Assembly: GCA_038251535.1 (NCBI GenBank)
Contig: JBBSBF010000002.1
Coordinates: 2,220-66,219, forward strand
Length of the DNA: 64,000 nucleotides
Source of the DNA: Minisyncoccia bacterium
Lineage (GTDB): Bacteria; Patescibacteriota; Minisyncoccia; Phycocordibacterales; UBA9973
Direction of reading: 5' to 3'
In this document: positions 18,837-28,659 of the stretch, in pieces
Position numbering within the stretch: position 1 is the stretch's first letter
How the letters are laid out: each line of letters opens with the position of its first letter
Made by a program: the position numbers and the translations under genes
Notes under the pieces: generated by a model
Told to the model about the DNA's origin: nothing
Database searches by the model: none
The model's input: only the letters and a program-made list of their open reading frames with translations

Positions 18837-20224
18837 ATGATCACGACAAAGCGCATGTACTGAAACTAACCTTTGCTGGTGGAACTGGCTCAGTGACCGG
18901 TGCAAACTTTCTGCTTGAAGCACCAGAGTCAGACGGTGGAAAAAAGTTTTTGATTGATTGCGGACTCAACCAAGGAACAAAAATGGCTGATGATAAAAAC
19001 TGGGATCCATTTATCTACGACCCTAGCACGATCGATATTCTTTTTATCACGCACGGACACATTGATCACATCGGTCGTATTCCTAAACTCATTCACGATG
19101 GATTTAAAGGTGAGATCTACTCCACCATCCCGACAAAGGCTATCACAGAACTTATGCTCGAAGATACTGCAAATATTCTCTCGCACTCGGACAACACGAC
19201 ATTGAAAGACATATACAGTCCTGCTATTTTACAAAAAGTATTTGAGAAGTGGCACACACTTGATTATCATCAGGATTTGGCAGTAGGACCATTTGTATTT
19301 CGTTATCGTGATGCTGGACATATCCTTGGGTCAGGTATGCTCGAAGTGATCTACAACAACAAAAAGATTGTGTTTACGGGAGATCTAGGCAACTCGCCAT
19401 CTCCGCTTTTGCGTGATACGGAGAGTCTTAAAAATGTCGACTATCTGTTGATGGAGAGTGTGTACGGAGATCGAAATCACATTGATCGCAATCTCCGTCG
19501 AGCAAAGCTCGAAGCAACGATCGAGGATAACTACAAAAAAAAGGGCACGCTCGTGATCCCTACCTTTTCGCTTGAGCGTTCGCAGGAGCTCCTGTTTGAG
19601 ATTGACCAGCTTGTCGAACATGATCGTGTGCCACACATGCCTATCTACTTTGATTCACCACTTGCAATCCGACTAACAAAAATCTATGGAACATTTTCCA
19701 AATACTTCAACGACTTTGCTCGCAAGTTAGTAGAAGGAGGGGAAGATATATTTAGTTTTCCAGGGCTTAAGTCAACGCTTTTGACCGAAGAGTCAAAAGA
19801 AATCCTTCACACCGTCAACCCAAAGATAGTCATTGCGGGCTCGGGGATGAGTAATGGCGGGCGAGTACTGCACCATGAGGCAAACTATCTACCCAATCCT
19901 TCCAACACATTACTTCTCACTGGATATCAGTCGCTCGGTACGATGGGCCGAACGATTCAAGACGGTGCGACAGAGGTTCATATCAATGGTCATGTCGTGC
20001 CAGTGCGTGCAAACGTCGTATTTATCGATGGGTATTCGGGACACAAAGATTCCAACCATCTCGTCGAGTTTGTCGAGTCAATCGCAGATAGTGTAAAAAA
20101 AGTATTTGTCGTGATGGGAGAACCAAAGAGTTCGTTATTTCTCACACAACGACTACGTGACTATCTCGGCGTCAACGCATACGCACCAGAAGAGGGAGAT
20201 GTGGTAGAATTGGATTGTAAGTAA
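18833..20224 (+). CDS. MBL-fold beta-CASP ribonuclease
   Basis: THGHIDH, AGHILGS, FTGDLG, MESVYG, YSGH. Confidence 0.9.
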   Translation: MNDHDKAHVLKLTFAGGTGSVTGANFLLEAPESDGGKKFLIDCGLNQGTKMADDKNWDPFIYDPSTIDILFITHGHIDHIGRIPKLIHDGFKGEIYSTIPTKAITELMLEDTANILSHSDNTTLKDIYSPAILQKVFEKWHTLDYHQDLAVGPFVFRYRDAGHILGSGMLEVIYNNKKIVFTGDLGNSPSPLLRDTESLKNVDYLLMESVYGDRNHIDRNLRRAKLEATIEDNYKKKGTLVIPTFSLERSQELLFEIDQLVEHDRVPHMPIYFDSPLAIRLTKIYGTFSKYFNDFARKLVEGGEDIFSFPGLKSTLLTEESKEILHTVNPKIVIAGSGMSNGGRVLHHEANYLPNPSNTLLLTGYQSLGTMGRTIQDGATEVHINGHVVPVRANVVFIDGYSGHKDSNHLVEFVESIADSVKKVFVVMGEPKSSLFLTQRLRDYLGVNAYAPEEGDVVELDCK

Positions 20225-20244
20225 TCTATATGTAATCAATACCC

Positions 20245-20886
20245 ATGCCTGATACAGAAAAAAATCAATACATATGTTATAACGGTCCGATTGAAAATGA
20301 TGCAAAGCACGGTCACATCAAACTGAAAATTGGAGTTTCGGGTGCGGCTGAGACTGGTCACTGTGGTTTACACGCATTGGAAAAAGCAAAAGACCTGGGT
20401 CGAGAAATCGTCAAACAGGGAGGAATACTGATCACTGGTGCAACAACAGGGTTTCCGCTCTGGGCATGTATGGGTGCAAAAGAAGAACGGGGTATATCGA
20501 TCGGACTTTCTCCTGCCGCAAGCGAGCGAGAACATATAGAGAACTATCGATTGCCCGTTGATTATATGGATCTGATTATCTATACCGGATTTGGGTTCCC
20601 TGGTCGCGACCTCCTCTTTACTCGTAGCTGTGACGCGATCCTGATCGGATGTGGACGTATCGGTACGATCCATGAGTTCACCATAGCGTTTGAAGACGGC
20701 AAACCTATCGGAGTGCTTGAGGGGCCATGGACGATGGCAGAACAGATCAAGGACATGATCGCAAAAGGTAATCGTTCAGCAGAAAAAGTCATATTTGATA
20801 CTGATCCAAAGCGACTGATTGAACGAGTGATTCAGATGGTAGAAGGCGATCGATCTGAACTCGATAAATCAGCGCCTCATTTATAA
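20245..20886 (+). CDS. LOG/SLOG-family nucleotide-binding protein
   Basis: IGVSG, TGATTG, IIYTG, G.IGTIHE. Confidence 0.8.
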   Translation: MPDTEKNQYICYNGPIENDAKHGHIKLKIGVSGAAETGHCGLHALEKAKDLGREIVKQGGILITGATTGFPLWACMGAKEERGISIGLSPAASEREHIENYRLPVDYMDLIIYTGFGFPGRDLLFTRSCDAILIGCGRIGTIHEFTIAFEDGKPIGVLEGPWTMAEQIKDMIAKGNRSAEKVIFDTDPKRLIERVIQMVEGDRSELDKSAPHL

Positions 20887-20890
20887 CAAC

Positions 20891-23341
20891 ATGGACACTT
20901 CCACTTTTGCAGGCTTGACCACAGACCAAGTTGCACGAGAGCGCAAGACGAGTGGATCAAACGCCCTCGTTACTCGGCGCACGCAATCCGCAACAAAAAC
21001 ATTTTTGATGGAATTTAAAAATCCGCTCGTGATCGTGTTGTCCGGAGCAGCACTTATTGCACTCGTGACCGGTGCGACGGTGAGTGGAGTGCTTATTATT
21101 GCCATTGTCTTAGTGAGCTCGGTCTTGGACTTTGCTATTTCGTACAAGTCTCAAAAAGCAGCGCAGTTGCTTGCGTCTCGTGTTTCTCCCAAGGCCATGG
21201 TTGTCAGAGACGGTGTTTCCGTGATGATCAGTCACGCAGAGATTGTGCCAGGAGATATCGTTATGCTCTCTGCAGGAAGTGTGATCCCTGCAGATGGCAA
21301 AATCGTTGCTACCGAAACGTTGTTTATCAACGAGTCGGCGCTGACTGGAGAATCATTGCCCGTACAAAAAAATATCGATGATGAAGTATACATGGGTAGC
21401 GGCGTCGTCAGTGGTCAGGGTGTTTTGCAGGTTGTTGCGACGGGATACAAAACAAAATATGCTCACATCGCGGCGTTATTGACTGAAAAGGAACGACCGA
21501 GTGAGTTTGAACAGGGGATCCGGAAGTTTAGCCTGCTTTTAACTCGGGTGATCATTATATTGGTGATCTGTATATTTTTGATCAATGCATATCTCAAACA
21601 TGATCTTATTACTTCGCTGTTGTTTTCACTCGCGCTTGCAGTTGGGCTCACGCCAGACTTGTTGCCAGTTATTATTGCAGTCAATCTTTCCCGTGCATCG
21701 TTGCGCATGGCAAAAAAGGGAGTAATCGTAAAAAAACTTTCTGCGATCGAAAACTTTGGTTCGATGGATATATTGTGCACGGACAAAACAGGCACACTGA
21801 CTGAAGACAAGATCGTCTTGGTCAAATATATCGATGCAAACAACACTACCTCAGACGAAGTGTTGCTCTCGGCGTATGTTTCAAGTGTTTTCAAAGGAGC
21901 CGCAAAGACACCGCTCGATGAGGCGATCATATCGCGCGAAGCGTTTCCTATAGAAACGTATTCCAAAGTACACGAAATACCGTTTGATTTTGAACGAAAG
22001 CGAGACACGATGATCGTCGCACGGGAAGGTTTGAAACCACTCCTTATCAGTAAGGGCGCACCCGAAGCAGTGTTGGCGGTGTGTGAGAGTAGTGTTGATA
22101 GCGATACGAAGAGTATGCAGCTCTTTCATGATCTGTCTCAAGAAGGGTATCGCGTGATTGCGGTAGCGACTCGCACGTTTGATACGGAGCAAACAACGTA
22201 CACGGTCGATGACGAACATGATCTAACGTTTCTCGGGTTTATCGCCTTTATCGATCCTCCAAAGAAAAACATCAAACACATACTCGAAGAAATGAGTGCT
22301 CGTCATATTGAAGTCAAAGTTATTACGGGAGACCACCAACTAGTCGCTGAACATATCGCTCGAGAGGTAGGTCTTCCGTCCAAGGGCACGCTCGATGGAG
22401 TTGACATAGAGACAATGCAAGATGACGATCTCGCAATACAAGTAGAACAACATACTATTTTTTCTCGTGTTACTCCAGTCCAGAAAAACCGCATCATTCG
22501 TGCCCTCCAGTCTCAAAAGCACACGGTCGGGTATATGGGGGACGGGATCAACGACGCACCAGCGCTCCGTTCAGCAGATGTGGGTATATCAGTCGACAAC
22601 GCGCTCGATGTGGCCAAAGAAAGTGCAGACATCGTGCTGACGACCAACGACCTTGAGCATTTGATCCAGGGAGTGAAAGAGGGTCGCAAAACATTTGGAA
22701 ATACCCAGAAATACATCTCAATGGCAGTGTCATCAAACTTTGGTAATATGATCTCGATGACGGGGGCATCCTTGGTCTTGCCGTATCTCCCGATGCTTCC
22801 AGCACAGATATTGCTCAACAACCTCCTCTACGAGTCTGCACAGATTGCACTCATTGCAGATCACGTCGACGAGACCGTGCTTAACCGCCCGAGTCCATGG
22901 AACATCGCGGCGCTCAAGAAGTTTATGATCGTGTTTGGACTACTCAGTTCGGCGTTTGATTTTGTGGTGTTTTTTGTACTGTATCACTTGTTTGGGCTCG
23001 GAGAGGCCGGATTTCAAACGGCGTGGTTTATACAGTCACTGTTCTCGCAGGTATTCGCAGTATTTTTCATTCGAACGACACACGCCGTATGGAAGACGAG
23101 GCGTCCACACCGACTCGTTATCAGTGCTGCATTTTTGACTACTGCCGTCGCGTGGTGGATCGCATTATCACAGTTTGGTCACTACTTTGGATTTACTCCG
23201 ATACCGGCGTTTGTCATTGCGACTGTTGTTGGTATATCGATCGCGTATTTTGTTTCCATAGAAGTGGTGAAGGTTTTCTATTTTCATCAGACGAGACCAC
23301 ACAAACACATAAAGAAAGGTTGGGTGGAAACGGCAAGATAA
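20891..23341 (+). CDS. mgtA: Magnesium-translocating P-type ATPase
   Basis: TGES, DKTGTLT, KGAPE, GDGINDAP, SSNFGN. Confidence 0.88.
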   Translation: MDTSTFAGLTTDQVARERKTSGSNALVTRRTQSATKTFLMEFKNPLVIVLSGAALIALVTGATVSGVLIIAIVLVSSVLDFAISYKSQKAAQLLASRVSPKAMVVRDGVSVMISHAEIVPGDIVMLSAGSVIPADGKIVATETLFINESALTGESLPVQKNIDDEVYMGSGVVSGQGVLQVVATGYKTKYAHIAALLTEKERPSEFEQGIRKFSLLLTRVIIILVICIFLINAYLKHDLITSLLFSLALAVGLTPDLLPVIIAVNLSRASLRMAKKGVIVKKLSAIENFGSMDILCTDKTGTLTEDKIVLVKYIDANNTTSDEVLLSAYVSSVFKGAAKTPLDEAIISREAFPIETYSKVHEIPFDFERKRDTMIVAREGLKPLLISKGAPEAVLAVCESSVDSDTKSMQLFHDLSQEGYRVIAVATRTFDTEQTTYTVDDEHDLTFLGFIAFIDPPKKNIKHILEEMSARHIEVKVITGDHQLVAEHIAREVGLPSKGTLDGVDIETMQDDDLAIQVEQHTIFSRVTPVQKNRIIRALQSQKHTVGYMGDGINDAPALRSADVGISVDNALDVAKESADIVLTTNDLEHLIQGVKEGRKTFGNTQKYISMAVSSNFGNMISMTGASLVLPYLPMLPAQILLNNLLYESAQIALIADHVDETVLNRPSPWNIAALKKFMIVFGLLSSAFDFVVFFVLYHLFGLGEAGFQTAWFIQSLFSQVFAVFFIRTTHAVWKTRRPHRLVISAAFLTTAVAWWIALSQFGHYFGFTPIPAFVIATVVGISIAYFVSIEVVKVFYFHQTRPHKHIKKGWVETAR

Positions 23342-23363
23342 ATATGATAGGATATATGCATCA

Positions 23364-23624
23364 GCATTGAAGGAGCCCTGCCTGAGGCAGACGGGAATCA
23401 CTCCTTTGTCCCGCAAAGCATTGGCGAAGTGGGATGAGCTTTGGGGAGAAAGTAAGTAAATCCCAACGGGTATGCCCGTCATAGCAGTCAATAAGAATCC
23501 CACGTCGCCTACAAGCTATGCGGGACAAGAACTAAGGTGGTACCGCGAATTTTTTTGGAAATAAAAAAACCTCGCCCTTGGAAATAATCTGTAAAAGATT
23601 GTTTTCGTGGGTGAGGTTTTGTTT
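23364..23624 (+). ncRNA. T-box riboswitch (Ile specifier) for ileS
   Basis: Short stem I with GAAUCA (AUC at 23397-23399), stem II with AGUA, T-box AACTAAGGTGGTACCGCG (23530-23547), antiterminator half cgcccttgg, terminator with T run. Confidence 0.88.
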
Positions 23625-23877
23625 AATAGCAATCGCAATAAGGTTTTTGTTTGCCACAGTCAGCACATTTATTAGCTTCTTCTCTTCTGTATTCTCTTTC
23701 TTTTGCTTCTTCGTTTAGAACCCATTCTTGTGAATGTTCATCCCATTCCATACCTTCATAAAATCCCCCTTTTGCATTGCTTGTAAAGTATTCATTGTTT
23801 GTCATTAATCCTTTGCTTTTATGATGATCATCATAGAAGGTGTCATTTGGATTATGGCCGGGATACTTTTTACTCAT
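23623..23877 (-). CDS. Small AT-rich protein with C-terminal CxxC...CxC
   Basis: 84-aa ORF with AT-rich start context, filling the gap between T-box and ileS. Confidence 0.6.
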   Translation of the reverse strand: MSKKYPGHNPNDTFYDDHHKSKGLMTNNEYFTSNAKGGFYEGMEWDEHSQEWVLNEEAKEREYRREEANKCADCGKQKPYCDCY

Positions 23878-23919
23878 AACATTGTATATTTAAATTGAAT
23901 CTAATCTTTTATTCACTGT

Positions 23920-26900
23920 ATGTCAATCATCACCCCACAAAATCAAAACCAAAAATCTAACCAAGCACTTCGCCCTGCCGACGCGAAGTCCGCTATGGCG
24001 GGCAGGGAAGAAGCAGTTTTGGCATTCTGGAAAGAAAACGACATTTTCAAAAAGTCGCTTGAGAAAGATGCGCCAAACGGAGAATTTGTTTTTTACGAAG
24101 GTCCTCCAACGGCGAACGCAAAGCCGGCGCTTCACCACCTCGAAGCACGAGCATTTAAGGATGTCTTGCCTCGGTATAAAACGATGCAGGGCTTTCATGT
24201 GCGTCGTCGTGCGGGATGGGATACACACGGACTTCCTGTCGAACTCCAGATCGAAAAGAAACTCGGCTTCACGCACAAAAAACAAATCGAAGAATATGGT
24301 ATCGCAGCATTTAACAAAGAATGCAAAGATAGTGTGTTTACTTTTATTAAAGATTGGGAAGATTTCACCGAACGAATGGGGTACTGGGTAGATAAAAATG
24401 ATGCATACTATACGTTTGATCCATCCTACATGGAGAGTCTCTGGAATATTTTTGCAAAAGTTGATCGAGATGGATTGCTCTACAAAGACTACAAAGTCGT
24501 GCCGTGGTGTCCGCGATGTGGGACGACGCTCGCATCTCACGAACTTGCACAGGGATATCAAGATGATAAAGATTTGAGTGTTATTGCAAAATTCACGCTT
24601 ACTACTCACAGTATTGGATTGCTTCGGTCCTCGGGTCGCGTCGATGGGGCCGCTCAACCAGACACTCACCAATCCAACACTGCTCGTATGTCGCTCCTCG
24701 CATGGACGACAACACCATGGACACTGCCTGGGAATGTGGGATTGGCTGTTGGAAAGGATGTTGAATATATACTCATTCATCAAAATAATGAATTTTTGGT
24801 TCTTGCAAAGAATCGCTTGGAAATAATGAATGGAGGATATGAAATTATTTCCGAATTAAAGGGTTCTGATCTTGTTGGTCTTGAATACGAACCACTATAT
24901 CCCTATCTCGGCGAACTCATCAAAGGTCATCACCAAGAAAAGAATATGCAGAACGCATACAAAGTATATGCTGCGGATTTTGTCACGACCACAGACGGTA
25001 CTGGTATTGTGCACACTGCAGTGATGTATGGAGCCGAGGACTTTGAGCTCGGCACACAGGTGGGACTTCCCAAATTTCATACCGTAGACGCAGAAGGAAA
25101 GTTTGTACAAGGAACTGGATTCCTCGAAGGTCGCTTTGTCAAAGACGAGGAAGTAGCGATCGATATCATCAAAGATCTTGCACATCGCGGACTCTTGTTC
25201 AAAAAAGAAAAGTACGAACACTCATATCCGCATTGTTGGCGCTGCAAGACTCCGCTCATCTACTACGCGCGTGATAGCTGGTATATCGGTATGTCGCAGC
25301 TTCGCGATAAGCTAATGGCTGAAAATGAGCAGATCAACTGGGAACCGTTCCATATCAAGGAAGGACGATTTGGTGAGTGGTTACGCGAAGTGAAAGACTG
25401 GGCGATTTCTCGGGAGCGATATTGGGGGACACCGCTACCGATCTGGCACAACGAACACGATGGAGTACATGATCGCATCGTGGTTGACTCGATCGAGACA
25501 CTTAAAAAATATACAAAGAAATCAGGCAATGAATACTTCGTCATGCGGCATGGACAGTCAGAAGGAAATATTCGGTTAGTAGTCAGCTCACAGGTTACCA
25601 ACAAGGATCCGCTCACCGAGGAGGGTAGAAAACAGGTGTATGCTGCATCGGAACAACTTTCAAATATCGATATGATTGTTGCATCTCCATTTATGCGTAC
25701 CACTGAAACAGCGAAAATCATGGCGGAAAAATACGGTATCGACCCAGAAACAATCGTGTACGACGAACGGCTCGGCGAGATCAATGCAGGTGAGCTCGAA
25801 GGAAAAGAATGGAAGCTCTACCACGAATTTCTCTACGAACACGATCGAGATGAGTGGTATGAGCGTGCGATACCACAAGGAGAATCACTTGCCGATGTTG
25901 CGAGACGTGTTGGAGCTGTACTGTATGATATCGAAAAAACATATAGTAAAAAAAAGATTTTGATCGTAACACATGGCGGCCCAGCGTGGTTATTATATGT
26001 AGTTGCAGGTCAGTACCAACCAAACGGTAAAAACTACACCGTAGTTGATAATCATATTGTTGGAAAAGATTTTAAGTATTTTGATAATGCAGAGATACGA
26101 CCATTGCCGTTTGTGCCATTGCCGCATAATGAAAATTTTGAGCTCGATCTCCATCGTCCGTACATTGATGAGGTAGTACTTGAAAAGGATGGACATGATT
26201 TTCATCGAGTGAAAGAAGTGATGGATGTGTGGTTTGATAGTGGCTCGATGCCGTTTGCTCAGGATCATTATCCCTTTAGTAACAAAGAGCTTTTGTATCC
26301 CGCAGATTTTATTTCAGAAGCGATCGATCAGACGCGTGGATGGTTTTATACCCTCCATGCAGTAGGGACACTCATGGGTAGAGGCCGCGCGTTTAACAAC
26401 GTCATCTGTCTTGGTCACCTTCTCGACAAGGAAGGCAAAAAGATGTCCAAATCGATCGGCAACATAGTTGAACCATTTGCTCAAATAGAAAAGTTTGGCG
26501 TCGATAGCGTGCGTCTCTGGATGTACTCAGTCAACCAACCTGGAGAGAGTAAAAACTATGATGAAAAAACAGTGGGTGAATTACAGCGACAAGTCTTTGG
26601 ACTGCTCAATAACGTCATTGCATTTTATGAACTGTACCGAGATACGTCGATTGAACATATTGTGCCAACGGGAGAGCATGTCCTTGATGCATGGATAGCG
26701 ACGAGACTTGATCAACTTATCAGTTTTGTCACCGAAGAATTGAACCATTACCGTGTCATGCAACCAGTACGAGAAATGCGAGCCTTTATCGAAGACCTCT
26801 CGACATGGTACTTGCGAAGAAGTCGTGATCGAATAAAAGACGGCGATACTGTAGCGAAAGCGACCCTATATCGTGTACTCAAGACGCTCGCGCAAGTCAT

Positions 26901-27495
26901 GGCGCCGTTTGCTCCATTCGCTGCGGAAGATATCTGGCAAAAGCTCCGCCAGGAGGATGATGTCGAAAGTGTGCACTTAAGCGAGTGGCCAAAGGCAATG
27001 GAGATCAGTGACGAATTACTTACCACTATGCAAATAGTAAGAAATATTTGTACTGAAGGTAATGCACTCCGCAAAAAGCTGGGAATTGCAGTGAAGCAAC
27101 CACTTGGGAAGTTTGAAGTTGCAAATATAGACCTTCGAGGTCTCAATTTTAATCTATTGGATAAATATCTCGAACTAATAAAAGAAGAATTGAATGTGAA
27201 AAATGTTGTAGCTGGATCTAAAACAAGTCTCGATACGACTCTTACCTCTGAACTCAAAGCAGAAGGGAACTATCGCGAGCTCGTTCGTGCCGTGCAGGAT
27301 ATGCGCAAGGCAGCAGGACTTGAACCGAGTGATATGGTCAGTATAGGGTTGTCTTCAAACGCACTAGACTTACTAAATCCATTCATCGATGAATTTAAAA
27401 AGACTGTTCAAGCAAGCACTGTAACGTTTGTCGAAAACGATGGTACAGAAGTGAAGATCGATGAATTGAACATACATATTAGTATTGAGAAATAA
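23920..27495 (+). CDS. ileS: Isoleucine--tRNA ligase, type 2, with inserted histidine-phosphatase domain
   Basis: GPPTAN..ALHH, GWDTHGLP, WTTTPWT, DQTRGWF, KMSKS; RHGQS..THGG insert. Confidence 0.96.
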   Translation: MSIITPQNQNQKSNQALRPADAKSAMAGREEAVLAFWKENDIFKKSLEKDAPNGEFVFYEGPPTANAKPALHHLEARAFKDVLPRYKTMQGFHVRRRAGWDTHGLPVELQIEKKLGFTHKKQIEEYGIAAFNKECKDSVFTFIKDWEDFTERMGYWVDKNDAYYTFDPSYMESLWNIFAKVDRDGLLYKDYKVVPWCPRCGTTLASHELAQGYQDDKDLSVIAKFTLTTHSIGLLRSSGRVDGAAQPDTHQSNTARMSLLAWTTTPWTLPGNVGLAVGKDVEYILIHQNNEFLVLAKNRLEIMNGGYEIISELKGSDLVGLEYEPLYPYLGELIKGHHQEKNMQNAYKVYAADFVTTTDGTGIVHTAVMYGAEDFELGTQVGLPKFHTVDAEGKFVQGTGFLEGRFVKDEEVAIDIIKDLAHRGLLFKKEKYEHSYPHCWRCKTPLIYYARDSWYIGMSQLRDKLMAENEQINWEPFHIKEGRFGEWLREVKDWAISRERYWGTPLPIWHNEHDGVHDRIVVDSIETLKKYTKKSGNEYFVMRHGQSEGNIRLVVSSQVTNKDPLTEEGRKQVYAASEQLSNIDMIVASPFMRTTETAKIMAEKYGIDPETIVYDERLGEINAGELEGKEWKLYHEFLYEHDRDEWYERAIPQGESLADVARRVGAVLYDIEKTYSKKKILIVTHGGPAWLLYVVAGQYQPNGKNYTVVDNHIVGKDFKYFDNAEIRPLPFVPLPHNENFELDLHRPYIDEVVLEKDGHDFHRVKEVMDVWFDSGSMPFAQDHYPFSNKELLYPADFISEAIDQTRGWFYTLHAVGTLMGRGRAFNNVICLGHLLDKEGKKMSKSIGNIVEPFAQIEKFGVDSVRLWMYSVNQPGESKNYDEKTVGELQRQVFGLLNNVIAFYELYRDTSIEHIVPTGEHVLDAWIATRLDQLISFVTEELNHYRVMQPVREMRAFIEDLSTWYLRRSRDRIKDGDTVAKATLYRVLKTLAQVMAPFAPFAAEDIWQKLRQEDDVESVHLSEWPKAMEISDELLTTMQIVRNICTEGNALRKKLGIAVKQPLGKFEVANIDLRGLNFNLLDKYLELIKEELNVKNVVAGSKTSLDTTLTSELKAEGNYRELVRAVQDMRKAAGLEPSDMVSIGLSSNALDLLNPFIDEFKKTVQASTVTFVENDGTEVKIDELNIHISIEK

Positions 27496-27498
27496 TCT

Positions 27499-28056
27499 AT
27501 GAAGAATGCCATCATCATTCACGGTATGCCGACAAAACAAGAGTACGATACAACACCGAACCAGTCACAACAACACTGGCTTCCATGGATTAAACAACAA
27601 CTCGAAGCACAAAAAATAATAACGACCGTTCCTGATATGCCGATGCCATATGCGCCGGTGTATGAAGAATGGAAAGATACTTTTGAGTGTATCCTTCTTT
27701 CTAAAGAAACGATATTGGTAGGACACAGTTGTGGTGGAGGATTTCTCGTGCGATGGCTTTCTGAACATGATGTGAAGGTTGGGCAACTTATCCTCGTTGC
27801 ACCATGGATAGATATTGAGAAAAAGCTTCCGAATGGATTTTTTGATTTTGAAATTGACACCAATCTTCTGATCAAGACAATGAACGGAATCTCCATGTTT
27901 TACTCGGCTGACGATGATGTTGATATTTTGCAAAGTGTTGAAAAACTCAAAACGATACAAGGGATTAAGATTCGAGAATTTTCAAACAAGGGTCATTTTG
28001 TGAAGGGAAGCGGTGTCTCAGAATTTCCAGAATTATTGGAAGGAATAAAATATTAA
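27499..28056 (+). CDS. RBBP9/YdeN-family alpha/beta hydrolase
   Basis: IIHG, GHSCG nucleophile elbow, DD, GHF. Confidence 0.85.
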   Translation: MKNAIIIHGMPTKQEYDTTPNQSQQHWLPWIKQQLEAQKIITTVPDMPMPYAPVYEEWKDTFECILLSKETILVGHSCGGGFLVRWLSEHDVKVGQLILVAPWIDIEKKLPNGFFDFEIDTNLLIKTMNGISMFYSADDDVDILQSVEKLKTIQGIKIREFSNKGHFVKGSGVSEFPELLEGIKY

Positions 28057-28062
28057 GCATTC

Positions 28063-28647
28063 ATGCACACCGTTCATCATACGAAAGCAGTTGTTATCAA
28101 AAGCCAGCCGTCTGGTGAGGCAAATAAGTTGTTTTGGTTATTTACCCGAGACCACGGACTGGTAGTCGCTTTGGCGACTGGAGTACGACTTGCTGGTGCC
28201 AAACTCAAAGGTCAAACTCGAGACTACACCGTGCTCGATGTTGATTTGGTGCAGGGACGTGAAGTGTGGAGGCTTGTGAGTGCCGTGCATGACATCGATC
28301 CTCTAAAGGAAACGCTCCGAGAACCAATAGCTCGGTCATATATACGAAACCTCGCCACACTCGAGCGATTTGTAACTGAGGAAAATCCGCACCCAGAGCT
28401 TTTTGCACACATACTAGAGTGCGCCATGGTTGCCGAGTATAAAGCCCTCGATCAGAAAGTAGTCCGTGCATATGATGCGATCGGTATCTGGCGGACACTG
28501 ATTCATCTAGGATACATCGCCGTTGATGACAAAGACAGCGGATTGTTCACCGACCCCATACTCCACGTTGCGTTACAGCTCAGTACAGAGAAACTCAAAC
28601 AATTGGTCAAAGTAGTAACTGAGGCTATAAAAGAAACACATCTTTGA
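28063..28647 (+). CDS. recO: DNA repair protein RecO
   Basis: N-terminal OB fold: GEANK...FTRDHG....A.GVR...KL. Confidence 0.8.
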   Translation: MHTVHHTKAVVIKSQPSGEANKLFWLFTRDHGLVVALATGVRLAGAKLKGQTRDYTVLDVDLVQGREVWRLVSAVHDIDPLKETLREPIARSYIRNLATLERFVTEENPHPELFAHILECAMVAEYKALDQKVVRAYDAIGIWRTLIHLGYIAVDDKDSGLFTDPILHVALQLSTEKLKQLVKVVTEAIKETHL

Positions 28648-28659
28648 TATACTGTAGCT

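Noticed and set aside
23923-24783. 286-aa minus-strand ORF
   Set aside because: Antisense shadow of ileS; the many similar shadow ORFs in the track were also ignored
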